64,000 bases of DNA from Candidatus Hermodarchaeota archaeon (lineage in GTDB: Archaea > Asgardarchaeota > Thorarchaeia > Thorarchaeales > Thorarchaeaceae), in contig JBHLLF010000013.1 in assembly GCA_048885865.1 (NCBI GenBank), positions 14,607-78,606 of the forward strand, in the 5' to 3' direction. Positions 47,753-57,894 of this stretch are shown here, piece by piece. Made by a program: the position numbers and the translations under genes. Below the pieces are notes generated by a model. The model ran no database searches and was not told the origin of the DNA. It saw nothing but the letters and a program-made list of their open reading frames with translations. The stretch's first letter is position 1. The number at the start of each line of letters is the position of its first letter.

Positions 47753-49399
47753 GTGACAAGGAAATGGCTGATCATAGCCAAGACTGAGTTTCTAGTTGCT
47801 ACATCAAAGTTTCACACAAAGAGAAAGGCGGTATCTCTAGGCATTGTAACTGTTGCTATGATTTGGGCACTTTTCATCGCCCCTACCATCATGTCAGCAT
47901 TTGTGAATCTCTTTGCTACTGAGATTCAACTGATTCTGGCCATTGCATTCCCCGGACTGATGAGATCAGTGATGCTACTTCTCTGGGTCATGGTGTTGTT
48001 CTACCCCATCTCATTTGCACTTCAAGAAATCAAGATAGGACAATGGGAGATAATGTTGAGTAACAATGTTAGGACTCGAGACATGCTCTTCGGAACCTTC
48101 CTCGGCAAATTACCAAGCTATGGATTATTTGTGCTATTCTTAGCACCTGTGCTTATCTCACCCTTTGCAATCATGTACGAAGTATCACTAGTTGGGCAGG
48201 CTCTCATGTATGGCATTCTGTATGGCGCAGTTGTTAGTACATTGTGGTTCTCGAATGTCCTTTCTACAGCAATCCAAGCTAAACTCGGTGATTCACCGAG
48301 AGGAAACGATATTGCAAAAGCCCTCAGCATGGTTGTTGCTGCTGTCGTCTTAATTCCCATGTATGGGCTCATATATATCGCAGGTCCATTAGGCGAAATC
48401 ATGGGACTGGATGTCTTCCTAATTCTACCCTCGACATGGGGTGCTGATTTAATCACTTGGACTGCCATATACTTCAATGGGATTGGACTGCCTCAGTCCA
48501 CTATCCTAGCCTTTGAGAGCATACTCCTCTTTGGGCCTGCAATTGATTTGCTCCTAATTTCTGTATTCTCTATCATCATGATTGGAATTGGATTCTCTGC
48601 GTCAGATCGGCTCTTCGCTATTCAAGCAGGAGCAAGAACAGAAGCAGTTACAACTGTTGGTCGAGAGAACTTGGTTCTTAGAGGAGTTAGGAGGCTGGTC
48701 GCTGGATCGTTCGGGGTGCTGATTGTCTCCTCAATGAAGGACTTTGGACGCAAAGCCCAGAATCTATCAAGAATAGGATATGGTGTGTTCATCTCTATTC
48801 TACTGCCCATTATCCTGAACTTTAGTGGCATAGGAGATCAAGTCGATGATCCTCTTTTCGTTCCTATGATGGCCATACTGATGACTGGAATGATACTAGC
48901 TATGGTGGGATCCATTGCCTTTGGAGGTGTTGGTTTTCTCGACTCAAAGGATCAACTTTGGATGCTCAAGGGGGCTCCAAATGGGGCGTCAAAATTCATC
49001 AAAGCAAGAATTGTTTCACATGTTCTCTTTGCGGTTCCAGTCGTCATGATCTCCACGACATCTGTCACAGTCATACTGGGATTGGGAATTGTGGAGTTCC
49101 TGATGATGCTGGTCTACGTCTATTCGGTACTTTGTGGTGCAATTCTCATAGCGACTGGGATAACTGCAAACAATCCTGCATATGAGGACACCAAAAGCAG
49201 TGCATTCCAAATCAACACAGGACTAACGGTAATGATTATCATGCTGTCATCGATTATCACTCTAGTTTGGGGAATGATTATCATATTGGAGGAGGGAAAC
49301 ATCTCTCTAGGACTGTTGGTTAACATATTCCCTCTCCTGATAATAGGATCCATCATGATTTTCATTGGCACTAAGCGGCTCTCAATGCCTGACTACTAA
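47753..49399 (+). CDS. ABC exporter permease-like membrane protein
   Basis: About 12 TMs; adjacent to the ATPase. Confidence 0.8.
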   Translation: MTRKWLIIAKTEFLVATSKFHTKRKAVSLGIVTVAMIWALFIAPTIMSAFVNLFATEIQLILAIAFPGLMRSVMLLLWVMVLFYPISFALQEIKIGQWEIMLSNNVRTRDMLFGTFLGKLPSYGLFVLFLAPVLISPFAIMYEVSLVGQALMYGILYGAVVSTLWFSNVLSTAIQAKLGDSPRGNDIAKALSMVVAAVVLIPMYGLIYIAGPLGEIMGLDVFLILPSTWGADLITWTAIYFNGIGLPQSTILAFESILLFGPAIDLLLISVFSIIMIGIGFSASDRLFAIQAGARTEAVTTVGRENLVLRGVRRLVAGSFGVLIVSSMKDFGRKAQNLSRIGYGVFISILLPIILNFSGIGDQVDDPLFVPMMAILMTGMILAMVGSIAFGGVGFLDSKDQLWMLKGAPNGASKFIKARIVSHVLFAVPVVMISTTSVTVILGLGIVEFLMMLVYVYSVLCGAILIATGITANNPAYEDTKSSAFQINTGLTVMIIMLSSIITLVWGMIIILEEGNISLGLLVNIFPLLIIGSIMIFIGTKRLSMPDY

Positions 49400-49446
49400 T
49401 TTCCGACATCTCCATAAGGAGTGGGTGGCGAATTAGCTTCAGAAAT

Positions 49447-49995
49447 GTGAAGAGAATGAAACCAGAGCTTGTAGATCCTGTTGAATGGAAAGAGCTTACA
49501 AACCAGCTCGATGATGAGTTTGGAGAGGGGGTGAGCAAGGCACTACTCGCAGATAGGGCGCCTGTGACAATGTCCAGAGGAGAAACCAAGTCATTCTATC
49601 TAGTCCCAATGGAATGGATGGCGAATATCGAAGAGGCGGGACAGGACTTCGAGATCCACTCCCTTGGCATCCGAATGGGAGATATGACCAAAGGGAGATT
49701 TAGACTCAGTCTCCAAATCCTGGATGCGCTTGCTGAAGTCACAGACCGGAAACTTGTAGTATCAAGACAAGGTGCAGAGGCATTCTCTTACGGTCGGAGC
49801 ATTCTCAAAGAGTCAGTCGTAAAACTGGACCCTAGTCTTAGGCGTGGTCAGCGTGTGATAGTCCTCAATAAGGACGGTGAGGTCTTGGGACTCGCTGCAT
49901 TGTCTATAGATGGGAACAAGCTGAAACGACTGGCAAGAGACCGCCTTGTTGGCAAGAACCTTGTCGATATTGGAGCCTATCTTAGAGGCGCTTAG
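49447..49995 (+). CDS. Nip7-like PUA-domain protein
   Basis: HSLGIRMG, AEAFSYGRSILKES, VIVLN..GEVLGLA, NLVDIGAYLR. Confidence 0.8.
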   Translation: MKRMKPELVDPVEWKELTNQLDDEFGEGVSKALLADRAPVTMSRGETKSFYLVPMEWMANIEEAGQDFEIHSLGIRMGDMTKGRFRLSLQILDALAEVTDRKLVVSRQGAEAFSYGRSILKESVVKLDPSLRRGQRVIVLNKDGEVLGLAALSIDGNKLKRLARDRLVGKNLVDIGAYLRGA

Positions 49996-50732
49996 ACAAA
50001 CATGTCACTCGAGCGATCAGATGCCTCAATAGACTGTCGCATCTTCTCAAGGCGTTCAATTTCTCTCGATTCCTTGAGTAGCTCTTCTACATTGGCCTCA
50101 ACGCCATAGACTTCATTGATCTTCTCAAGCATGGTTGCAGCAGACTTCGGGTCTGGTCGACCTCGGGTAGCATAGGTAAGCAGACCAAGTGCGGCCTGTT
50201 CTCGCATTTCAAGTTCCGCTAGCAGGAGGGCCAATGGTCCTGCCACAAAGAGGCCTTCTTCAAGTATTGGAACAGACCACTTCTCAAGTTGGTCGCTATA
50301 TGCACTAGTTGGTACACAACGCATTTCCTCTTCATCCTCTTTGAAGCTGGCGTCTAATCCGCCGAGCAGGAGTGACTCAGAGAACTTGCTAGCTGTTATC
50401 CACTCAGCCAAGCGATCAATCCACCCCCACTGCTCCGAGCTGTGGGGCTGAAATCTTGGAACAAGAAATACCAGCTTCTTCTCAGCATACCAATACAGTT
50501 CGAAAGGTAGTACCAGACGCTCGTTCTCCATAGAAACGAAGAGAGGCAGCATATCGCTCTTGATGAAGCCCACTCTCTCAGCGTCGAGTGCCCGTGTAAG
50601 ATGAGCAGTACTGAGGAAGCCAACTTCTCCAAGCCCATGGAAACCACAGACGAATGTTGAGCCAGGCTCAACTTTGAAGCCGTCCTTCAGGATTATCTCA
50701 AATGTTGAATCTCGTGTAGCGACAAACGCCAT
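49992..50732 (-). CDS. PAC2-family proteasome assembly chaperone
   Basis: GFHGLGEVG, LLGGLD, GPLALLL, PDPKSAA; C-terminus DMFV. Confidence 0.88.
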   Translation of the reverse strand: MAFVATRDSTFEIILKDGFKVEPGSTFVCGFHGLGEVGFLSTAHLTRALDAERVGFIKSDMLPLFVSMENERLVLPFELYWYAEKKLVFLVPRFQPHSSEQWGWIDRLAEWITASKFSESLLLGGLDASFKEDEEEMRCVPTSAYSDQLEKWSVPILEEGLFVAGPLALLLAELEMREQAALGLLTYATRGRPDPKSAATMLEKINEVYGVEANVEELLKESREIERLEKMRQSIEASDRSSDMFV

Positions 50733-50988
50733 TCCATTTACCTCAGTTTGAAGGGTGAAGTTAGTCGTAGCTGTAATTGACTTAGTTATCAAAGAAACCA
50801 AACTTTCAGCTGCTTTTGAGGCTATGTATGTGTCCCATATGACAAGGTTTGGACAGATTGAGGGGAAATATCATTCTCCCTAAATGCTCTATGACCCTGT
50901 TTACTGGACTTTATAAGCCTAATAATTAATAGGATAAGATAGCAGTTCATAGAATGAATGTATGGTTGAGATGACGGGGTAGGACATA

Positions 50989-53205
50989 GTGAGCACGCTC
51001 CGAGAACTTGAGCTTGCACAAGTGGCACCACGAGTCCTAGAGCTATTGCGCAAACGGGGTTTTGATAGGCTTACGGAGTTTCAGCTCGATTCAGTGAACA
51101 ATGGTATAATGCGCGATGTCAATCAGATACTTGCCACTTACGACTATGACGAGGCATATCAAATAGCTGAGATAGCGATTCTAAACAGAGTGGCTTCAGA
51201 CTATCGGGCACGGGTATTGATTCTCTGCCCCAATCCGCATCAAGCAGAAAGGAAATATGATTCCATTGGTCACAAATGTCGTCGACTTGGGATTGAATCA
51301 GCCGCCATCATTAGAAGAAGGGACGCCATAGAAGAAAAATGGCAAAGTGGTAGAGTGGTTGTTTCAACCTATCGGGCAATTGATATCGCTCTTAGAACCT
51401 CTCCGGATGCACTTGAGAACGTAGTCGCAGTATTGATTGATCGACTCGATCTTATTGGCCAGCCTGGCTTAGGTGCTACGCTTGAAACCGCCCTTGTTGC
51501 TTTGATGGGAATAGGCAAGCCCATCCAGTATATCGCAATCTCTCCGCCTGTGGCTGACATAGGAGAGCTAGCAAACTGGCTTAATGCCAGTGCAATCATT
51601 GACCAAAAGGCTGAGGTCAAACTAATCTTCAGTGTAAAGTCGTTTGACAGCGTAAATGAATCACTCGCAGACCTTACTGAGTTTGTGCACTATCAAAGAG
51701 GACAGGTCATGATTCTTTGTGCAAACGCTCCTACTTCAGAAGACCTGGCAGTTCGCTTGTCAGGTAAAAGCGGAGATAAGCATGCAGCACTGGACCTCAG
51801 ACTCACACCAGAACATCGTGACGATCTCAGGGAACTGTCTCTGGATGTTTCAAAGTCATATCGAGAATGCCAGACAACACCAAAACTAGGTTCTACCGTA
51901 TCACAAGGTGTTGCTTTCTTTCATGAGGGCGTATCAAGAACACAGAGAAGAAAAATCTCAGAGGCATGGGAAGATGGACTTCTTCCTGTCATCGTGATGC
52001 CGATGCGCTTCGCAATTGCCAGTGGGCTGAAGGCTACGGTGGTCTTTTTGATGGGCGTATTCATGCAAGAGTTGGGGAAGGATCTTTCCCACGAAGATAG
52101 CGTCACAATGCTTTCAGAATGGCAATTCAACGATTTACTACAATCAGCTGGTAGACGAGGAATAGACAACGAAGCATTCGGAGTGGTTGTTGTAGACAGT
52201 GAAGAAGAAAAGACGCGCATTCTAGCGAAATACTTTGGCGCTGATTCAGAAGGTAACATAAGCCCTAGAGAGGGTGAAGTAGACAGTGTCATGGATGCTA
52301 CAGAAAACATCCAGGACCTGGTTCTTGGTCAGCTATGCGGAAGCTCTGAAGAACCAGTGGACCCCTTCTCCATAATCAATCGGACTTTTTGGGCTACAAG
52401 TAACCGAATGACCGGCCCTATTCAAGATGGCACCTTGACTTCTGATGGCACAACTGTGGAGCAATTAGTTTCATTGAGGACGACTAGGTCTACAGAAAAG
52501 CGGGCAGAAGAAATCCCAGATGAAAGTGTCAAGGTTGTGTCCTTGAATCCATCCAAGATTGAGGGATTGATTCATAGTGGAAGTAGAGAGATGTGGCACT
52601 ACGTATCCCTGAAGGCATCCGATGGTGTCTCTTGCTCATGCGAATCATGGAAATATCAAGGCATACGAAGACATAGACTCTGCAAACATCTCGTGAAATT
52701 TGCAAAACATGCTTTGAAAGATGAAGTTACCAAGCAATACGCATCTAGCGTTATTGAACAGGCACTTCGAGGGCTTGAGGTAATTGGTGATCTTGAGAGA
52801 GCTGGGCTTGTTCAGCGTGTCAAGAAGACAATCAGGTGCACGGAACTAGGAGAGAATGCAACCTATCTCGGCGTTCCTGTCCCTGACGCCAAACGGGTCA
52901 TGAGGGCAATATCCGAGCGTAAGGAGAATCTCAAGGACATCCTCCTCAGCGTCGCTACAGCAAGAAGCAATCTACCGAGAGAAGTCGTTAGTCGGATTAT
53001 GGATGCGCTACCAGCTGAGAATATTGAGCAACTTGTGTGTGATAAGAATGAGATGCCAGGAATCGTCGAGAACTGCATCGAGGAGCTCGATTACATCAAT
53101 ATGATTTTACTAAGACTGATGGGAGATAAACGGAAGGACAAACTGAAGAAAGACAGCATTCAGATGGAGGACAATCTTCGAGCACTCATAGGTGCAATCA
53201 GATAG
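50989..53205 (+). CDS. Degenerate Hel308/Ski2-like helicase with SWIM zinc finger
   Basis: Colinear with Hel308 (Q motif, GATLE, ELANWLNA, GVAFFHEG) but Walker A/B and motifs III/VI altered; CSC...CKH. Confidence 0.8.
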   Translation: MSTLRELELAQVAPRVLELLRKRGFDRLTEFQLDSVNNGIMRDVNQILATYDYDEAYQIAEIAILNRVASDYRARVLILCPNPHQAERKYDSIGHKCRRLGIESAAIIRRRDAIEEKWQSGRVVVSTYRAIDIALRTSPDALENVVAVLIDRLDLIGQPGLGATLETALVALMGIGKPIQYIAISPPVADIGELANWLNASAIIDQKAEVKLIFSVKSFDSVNESLADLTEFVHYQRGQVMILCANAPTSEDLAVRLSGKSGDKHAALDLRLTPEHRDDLRELSLDVSKSYRECQTTPKLGSTVSQGVAFFHEGVSRTQRRKISEAWEDGLLPVIVMPMRFAIASGLKATVVFLMGVFMQELGKDLSHEDSVTMLSEWQFNDLLQSAGRRGIDNEAFGVVVVDSEEEKTRILAKYFGADSEGNISPREGEVDSVMDATENIQDLVLGQLCGSSEEPVDPFSIINRTFWATSNRMTGPIQDGTLTSDGTTVEQLVSLRTTRSTEKRAEEIPDESVKVVSLNPSKIEGLIHSGSREMWHYVSLKASDGVSCSCESWKYQGIRRHRLCKHLVKFAKHALKDEVTKQYASSVIEQALRGLEVIGDLERAGLVQRVKKTIRCTELGENATYLGVPVPDAKRVMRAISERKENLKDILLSVATARSNLPREVVSRIMDALPAENIEQLVCDKNEMPGIVENCIEELDYINMILLRLMGDKRKDKLKKDSIQMEDNLRALIGAIR

Positions 53206-53277
53206 CTTTTTACGGTGGGAACATCGAGCGGGGCTCCAGTTGGAGGGTTAGTATCCTTCGCATCCCGGTGAATATAC

Positions 53278-54423
53278 ATGAAGTTGTTCGAACACGAGGC
53301 AAAAGATGTCTTTCGAGCCTTTGGTATGCCTACGCCACCTGGTGGAGTAGCCAGAACCCCAGACGAGGCGAAGAAGCGAGCTGCTGAGGTCGGCAAACCT
53401 GTTGTTGTGAAGGCACAGGTTCTTGCCGGGAAGAGAGGCAAGGCGGGAGGAATCAAATTCGCGGACACGCCCGAAGAAGCAGCTAAACACGCTGAAGAGA
53501 TACTGAAGATGAAAATCAACGATTTGCCTGTTGAGGCAGTCTTGATTGAGGAGATGCTAGACATTCAGCAGGAGATCTATGCAGGGATAACCGTCGACAG
53601 GAATGAACGCAAGTATGTTGTCATAGGAAGTGGCGCAGGTGGAATGTCAATCGAGGAGCTTGCAGAAGAGAGCCCTGAGAAGATCATCAAACATCATGTT
53701 GAACCTGATTTTGGTCTCCAGCCCTTTGAAGCTCGTGAGATAGCAATAGCAATGGGTTTTACTGGAAAGAGTATCAACAAAGTAGCAGGATTCTTTCTCA
53801 AGCTTTGGCAGATAGTGAGAGATCGAGATGTAGAGTTGACTGAGATCAATCCTCTGATTCTCACCAAAGATGGCCGATTCCTTGCAGCAGATGCAAGGTT
53901 GAACATAGATGATAATGCACTTTACAGACATAAGACGCTAATAGAGAGCCTCAAGAGAGAACCCATTGAGCAGAACGAAAGGGAACGAGCAGCCACTCAA
54001 GAAGGAATGGCTTACGTTGAGTTGGAAGGGGACGTTGCATGCATCTGTAATGGCGCAGGGCTAACCATGGCAACATTGGATGCAGTATCACTCTATGGTG
54101 GTACAGCTAGCACCTTTCTAGACCTTGGAGGCGGGGCAAATGCAGAGAGGGTCGAGAAAGGAATAGAGATTGCCATGAAGTATGACAAGGTTAAGGCAAT
54201 ACTGGTCAACATCATGGGCGGAATAACCAGGTGTGATGAGGTTGCCAATGGCATTTTGGCTGCAAAAAGGGATGGTGACATCAAAGTGCCGTTGGTCATA
54301 AGGATGGTAGGCACCAATGAAGAGGAAGGACAGGAAATACTCAGACAGGCCGGAATCCCATTCCTGAAGACTATGGAAGATGCAGCTCAAAAAGTCGTAA
54401 GCTTGGTCAAGGAGGGAGCCTAG
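53278..54423 (+). CDS. sucC: Succinyl-CoA synthetase beta subunit
   Basis: MKLFEHEAK, KAQVLAGKRGKAGG, EINPL, NGAGLTMATLD, NIMGGITRCD. Confidence 0.97.
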   Translation: MKLFEHEAKDVFRAFGMPTPPGGVARTPDEAKKRAAEVGKPVVVKAQVLAGKRGKAGGIKFADTPEEAAKHAEEILKMKINDLPVEAVLIEEMLDIQQEIYAGITVDRNERKYVVIGSGAGGMSIEELAEESPEKIIKHHVEPDFGLQPFEAREIAIAMGFTGKSINKVAGFFLKLWQIVRDRDVELTEINPLILTKDGRFLAADARLNIDDNALYRHKTLIESLKREPIEQNERERAATQEGMAYVELEGDVACICNGAGLTMATLDAVSLYGGTASTFLDLGGGANAERVEKGIEIAMKYDKVKAILVNIMGGITRCDEVANGILAAKRDGDIKVPLVIRMVGTNEEEGQEILRQAGIPFLKTMEDAAQKVVSLVKEGA

Positions 54424-55293
54424 ATGGTCGTATTGGTTGACGAGGACACTAGAGTCATTATTCAGGGAATAACAGGCTCACAGGGCACCTTCCATTCTGA
54501 AGCTATGTTGAAATATGGTACGAAGATTGTTGCAGGAGTCACTCCAGGTAAAAGGGGAGATGAAGTGCATGGAATTCCAGTATATGACAGTGTCAAGAAT
54601 GCAAAGGATGCGCAAGGAGCCACTGCTTCGGTGATCTTTGTTCCAGCACCCTTCGCAGGAGATGCTGCACTAGAAGCAATTGCAGCAGATTTGAATCCAG
54701 TCGTGGTTATTACAGAACATGTTCCTGTACTTGATGAGATGAGAGTGATACATGCTGCAAAGCGAAAGGGAATCACCGTGATTGGCCCCAACACACCAGG
54801 CATCATCACACCCAGTGCTAAACAGAAACTTGGGATAATGCCAGGACATGTCTTCTCGGGGGGCAGAGTGGGCCTCATGTCCCGGAGCGGCACACTGACA
54901 TATGAGATAGCTGCTGGGATGACAAATGCAGGTATCGGAATCTCGACGGCAATCGGGTTGGGAGGAGACCCCTGTGTTGGTCTGACTACAATAGAGGCTG
55001 TGGAGATGTTCAACAAGGATGCTGGAACTGACGCCATGGTGTTGGTCGGAGAGATAGGTGGCGATGCAGAGGAACGTGCAGCAGCCTATATCAAGAAGCA
55101 TGTGAAGAAACCCGCAGTTGCGTTCATTGCAGGACGAACAGCACCACCAGGAAAGAGAATGGGACATGCAGGTGCAATCATAAGCGGGAGTTCTGGCACG
55201 GCTGCAGCGAAGATTGAGGCGTTCTCCAACGCTGGAGTTCCTGTGGCTGAGAAGCCTAGTGATATTGCGAAGCTTCTGAAGGATGTGCTCTAG
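54424..55293 (+). CDS. sucD: Succinyl-CoA synthetase alpha subunit
   Basis: QGITG, GPNTPG, SRSGTLTYE, KRMGHAGA (phospho-His). Confidence 0.97.
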   Translation: MVVLVDEDTRVIIQGITGSQGTFHSEAMLKYGTKIVAGVTPGKRGDEVHGIPVYDSVKNAKDAQGATASVIFVPAPFAGDAALEAIAADLNPVVVITEHVPVLDEMRVIHAAKRKGITVIGPNTPGIITPSAKQKLGIMPGHVFSGGRVGLMSRSGTLTYEIAAGMTNAGIGISTAIGLGGDPCVGLTTIEAVEMFNKDAGTDAMVLVGEIGGDAEERAAAYIKKHVKKPAVAFIAGRTAPPGKRMGHAGAIISGSSGTAAAKIEAFSNAGVPVAEKPSDIAKLLKDVL

Positions 55294-55392
55294 CGTCAGC
55301 CAGAGCACAAGCTTTTAAAACCCAACTCAGCAGGAAAGCGGGAGCGGGCTCGCAGGACGCTCTGTGTACCGCCATGAATTGAGGTCTGAGAA

Positions 55393-55551
55393 ATGCCAGT
55401 TGCTGACATTGAGAAACGCAGGCTTGCACAGCACTACTTGCTCTACAAGTCAGTATGCCGATATTGTGGAGCAACCAATCCATTGAAGGCGAAGAAGTGT
55501 AGGAAGTGCAAGACAAAAGACCTCAGACCCAAACGACGTGCACGTAAGTAG
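55393..55551 (+). CDS. rpl40e: 50S ribosomal protein eL40 (52 aa, absent from ORF track)
   Basis: [52 protein letters not shown]; GAGGT SD. Confidence 0.95.
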   Translation: MPVADIEKRRLAQHYLLYKSVCRYCGATNPLKAKKCRKCKTKDLRPKRRARK

Positions 55552-55657
55552 ATCCGCTAGACTAGGGACACCAATTCTTGGTCCAACAGGGATTTCTTTG
55601 CCTCTGAGAGAGCTTTTTGCATCATTCTAATGACTCTACGACTAACTCTCAGGCCAC

Positions 55658-55695
55658 CGTAATACTTATTTACGTAATATGTAATACTATTACAT
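55658..55695. promoter_or_regulatory. Perfect palindrome ATGTAATA-C-TATTACAT with upstream GTAATA repeats
   Basis: 17-bp palindrome at 55679-55695; three GTAATA copies. Confidence 0.55.
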
Positions 55696-55787
55696 GAGGA
55701 TTTCAATATGTGCGTTAGAAAGGTGATGGAAATTTGTCGATTCGAGTGTCAGAGTTCCAAAACCATCTTTAATGAAAAGGAGGCGAT

Positions 55788-55958
55788 ATGTTGAGAAGCC
55801 ATGAGATACAGCTGAAAGATGCCACCCTCAAAATACCAAATGTGGAAAGCCGTGATGGCACTGTCGTCTTCGGAGAGACAGTGTCTGCTCATATACTAAG
55901 AAACAATGGTGGCAAAAGATACAGCGTATATGTTTATGATAAGAGATCTGCGCCCTAG
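55788..55958 (+). CDS. Putative 56-aa small protein (MLRSHEIQLKDATLKIPNVE...YSVYVYDKRSAP)
   Basis: AGGAGG SD 4 nt before the ATG; beta-strand-like pattern. Confidence 0.55.
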   Translation: MLRSHEIQLKDATLKIPNVESRDGTVVFGETVSAHILRNNGGKRYSVYVYDKRSAP

Positions 55959-56033
55959 AAGATTAGAAGCCATTTTATTAGCCGGCCATCCATCATTCTT
56001 ATATCCAAATTATTATCCAGACAGCTCGTGCCT

Positions 56034-56145
56034 GGGCCGGTGATCTAGTCGGCTATGATGCCGCCTTCACACGGCGGAAATCCTGTTGAGTTACTATATT
56101 CAGTAGGACCGCAGATCGGGCGTTCGAGTCGCCCCCGGCCCACCA
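56034..56145 (+). tRNA. tRNA-Val(CAC) with a 35-nt intron at position 45/46 (56080-56114); encoded CCA
   Basis: Acceptor GGGCCGG/CCGGCCC; anticodon arm CCGCC-TTCACAC-GGCGG; T arm GGGCG-TTCGAGT-CGCCC; BHB helix GCGG/CCGC. Confidence 0.92.
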
Positions 56146-56216
56146 TCTTCTCTGATGTCAATCCGTCACTCTTATAACGATTTGAACTTCGGAGTGGTCG
56201 TTGCGGAGGCTCAAGA

Positions 56217-56432
56217 ATGCCAAAACAAATCTATGATGTAGAGAGATTCCTCGAGATGACCGAAGATGCGCAAGAATGCAGAGTAAAGAGAGGACCAGGT
56301 CAAGTCAAGCTGAAACTCCGAACAACCAAATATCTCTACACGATAATTCTGGAGCCACAACAGGCCGAGGAAGTCTTGACTCGTGTGAAGTGCCAGATAG
56401 TTGAGGCTCGCCCTGAACCTGAAGAGGCTTAA
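56217..56432 (+). CDS. rpl38e: 50S ribosomal protein eL38
   Basis: MPKQI.D...FL, CRVKR, KLKLRTTKYLYT. Confidence 0.92.
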   Translation: MPKQIYDVERFLEMTEDAQECRVKRGPGQVKLKLRTTKYLYTIILEPQQAEEVLTRVKCQIVEARPEPEEA

Positions 56433-57694
56433 ATCTCGATTCTTTCATTTACTTCTGGGACGTGTGCCTTTCGCCCCTTCTTTTCAAGAAGAGATTCAAG
56501 CTTATCACAAGATTCAGACTCTCCATGAACTATGTAGAACTCAGGGTCACCAGGAATCCTTGTCAGGAGGTCCAACAACCCCTTCGAGTCAGAGTGCGAC
56601 GAGAGATGGTGCATTCTGACATCAGCAGTAACTTCGAACTCGCGACTGCCAACAGTCACTCTTCCGGATTTTACAAGTTCTGCACCGGGAGTACCTGGAA
56701 TCTGGAAGCTTACCAATACAATCGAGTTCTTTGGATCATCATGAAGCATCTTGAAGTACAGATGTGATGCACCACCCTTCAGCATTCCAGCTGGGGAAAT
56801 GATTATGCCGCCGCTTCTAGCAGCCCTTGTGCGATCTTTGCTATCATGTATAAGACGGGTTCTTCCAACGGCCCGGCCGAAGGACTGAGGACTTTGAAGA
56901 TATTCTGGATGCCTTGTAAGAATCTCATTGACCTTGCGTGCCATTCCGTCTATGTATATCGGATACTTCTGGGGAATGTTGTTGCGTTCTAGAATGCACA
57001 TTATTTCTTGACTGCGACCCACAGCAAAAGCAGGAATTAACACTGTACCTCCTCGTTCCATTGTTTCAATAACAGTGTCAACCAGTGCTTGCTCAATCTC
57101 CGCCCTCTCAGGATTCGTTCTTCTTGCGTAGGTGCTCTCTGTAACAACGATATCATGCTTGGGAAGGTTCTTCCTAGCCCCCAGATTCAGCTGTGACTCT
57201 GTGGAATTAACGTCACCAGTGAAGAGCACCCTCTTGCCATTTACTCTCACAGACACCATCGAACTACCTGGAATATGACCGGCATTGAACAATGTCATCT
57301 CGAAGTGATGACCAAGCGGAATGGTTTCCTCATATGCAGTGGCCTGGCACTGTCTTCTCGCAAGTGGAATGTCTTTTCGAGTATAAGGCAGCCTTCCCTT
57401 TGAGATGTTATACATGTCGCGTAGAAGTAGAAGAGTCAGATCTCTTGTGGCAGGTGTGCAGAAGAGAGAGGCTTCGGTTTGGGATAGGACTAGCGGAAGG
57501 CCTCCGGAATGATCAAGATGAGCATGAGTAAGACTGATTCCCTGCAGATTGTCAAGTGGAACCATATCAGGGAATTCTGGAGGTGAAGAGAGTTTCGCCC
57601 CGTAATCAACAATCATACTCTCATCCTTATTCTCAAGATAGAACCCCGCTCGTCCAATCTCTCTACAGGAACCAAGAAACGTAAGCTGTGACAT
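56429..57694 (-). CDS. Metallo-beta-lactamase / beta-CASP ribonuclease (aCPSF2-like)
   Basis: THAHLDHSG, AGHIPGS, TGD, ESTY, PAFAVGRSQE, SSHSD, VHGE. Confidence 0.92.
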   Translation of the reverse strand: MSQLTFLGSCREIGRAGFYLENKDESMIVDYGAKLSSPPEFPDMVPLDNLQGISLTHAHLDHSGGLPLVLSQTEASLFCTPATRDLTLLLLRDMYNISKGRLPYTRKDIPLARRQCQATAYEETIPLGHHFEMTLFNAGHIPGSSMVSVRVNGKRVLFTGDVNSTESQLNLGARKNLPKHDIVVTESTYARRTNPERAEIEQALVDTVIETMERGGTVLIPAFAVGRSQEIMCILERNNIPQKYPIYIDGMARKVNEILTRHPEYLQSPQSFGRAVGRTRLIHDSKDRTRAARSGGIIISPAGMLKGGASHLYFKMLHDDPKNSIVLVSFQIPGTPGAELVKSGRVTVGSREFEVTADVRMHHLSSHSDSKGLLDLLTRIPGDPEFYIVHGESESCDKLESLLEKKGRKAHVPEVNERIEI

Positions 57695-57894
57695 TTATTC
57701 TAACATCCATGACGAGCCGTGATGGTGTCAAGAAAAGGCTTGCGTAATAATCACCGTATGGATTAGCCATGGATATTTTCAGATATTAACTGTGTCTGCC
57801 TTTTCGCTCAGTAAATCGAAATCTATATCAGTTGGGCATCGATACGTGCTATACCCTATACCTTAGCAAATCGTAGCGGGTGGAGAGGCTTCGG

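Noticed and set aside
56034-56145. tRNA as an integration site
   Set aside because: No integrase and no duplicated tRNA 3' end seen in the window
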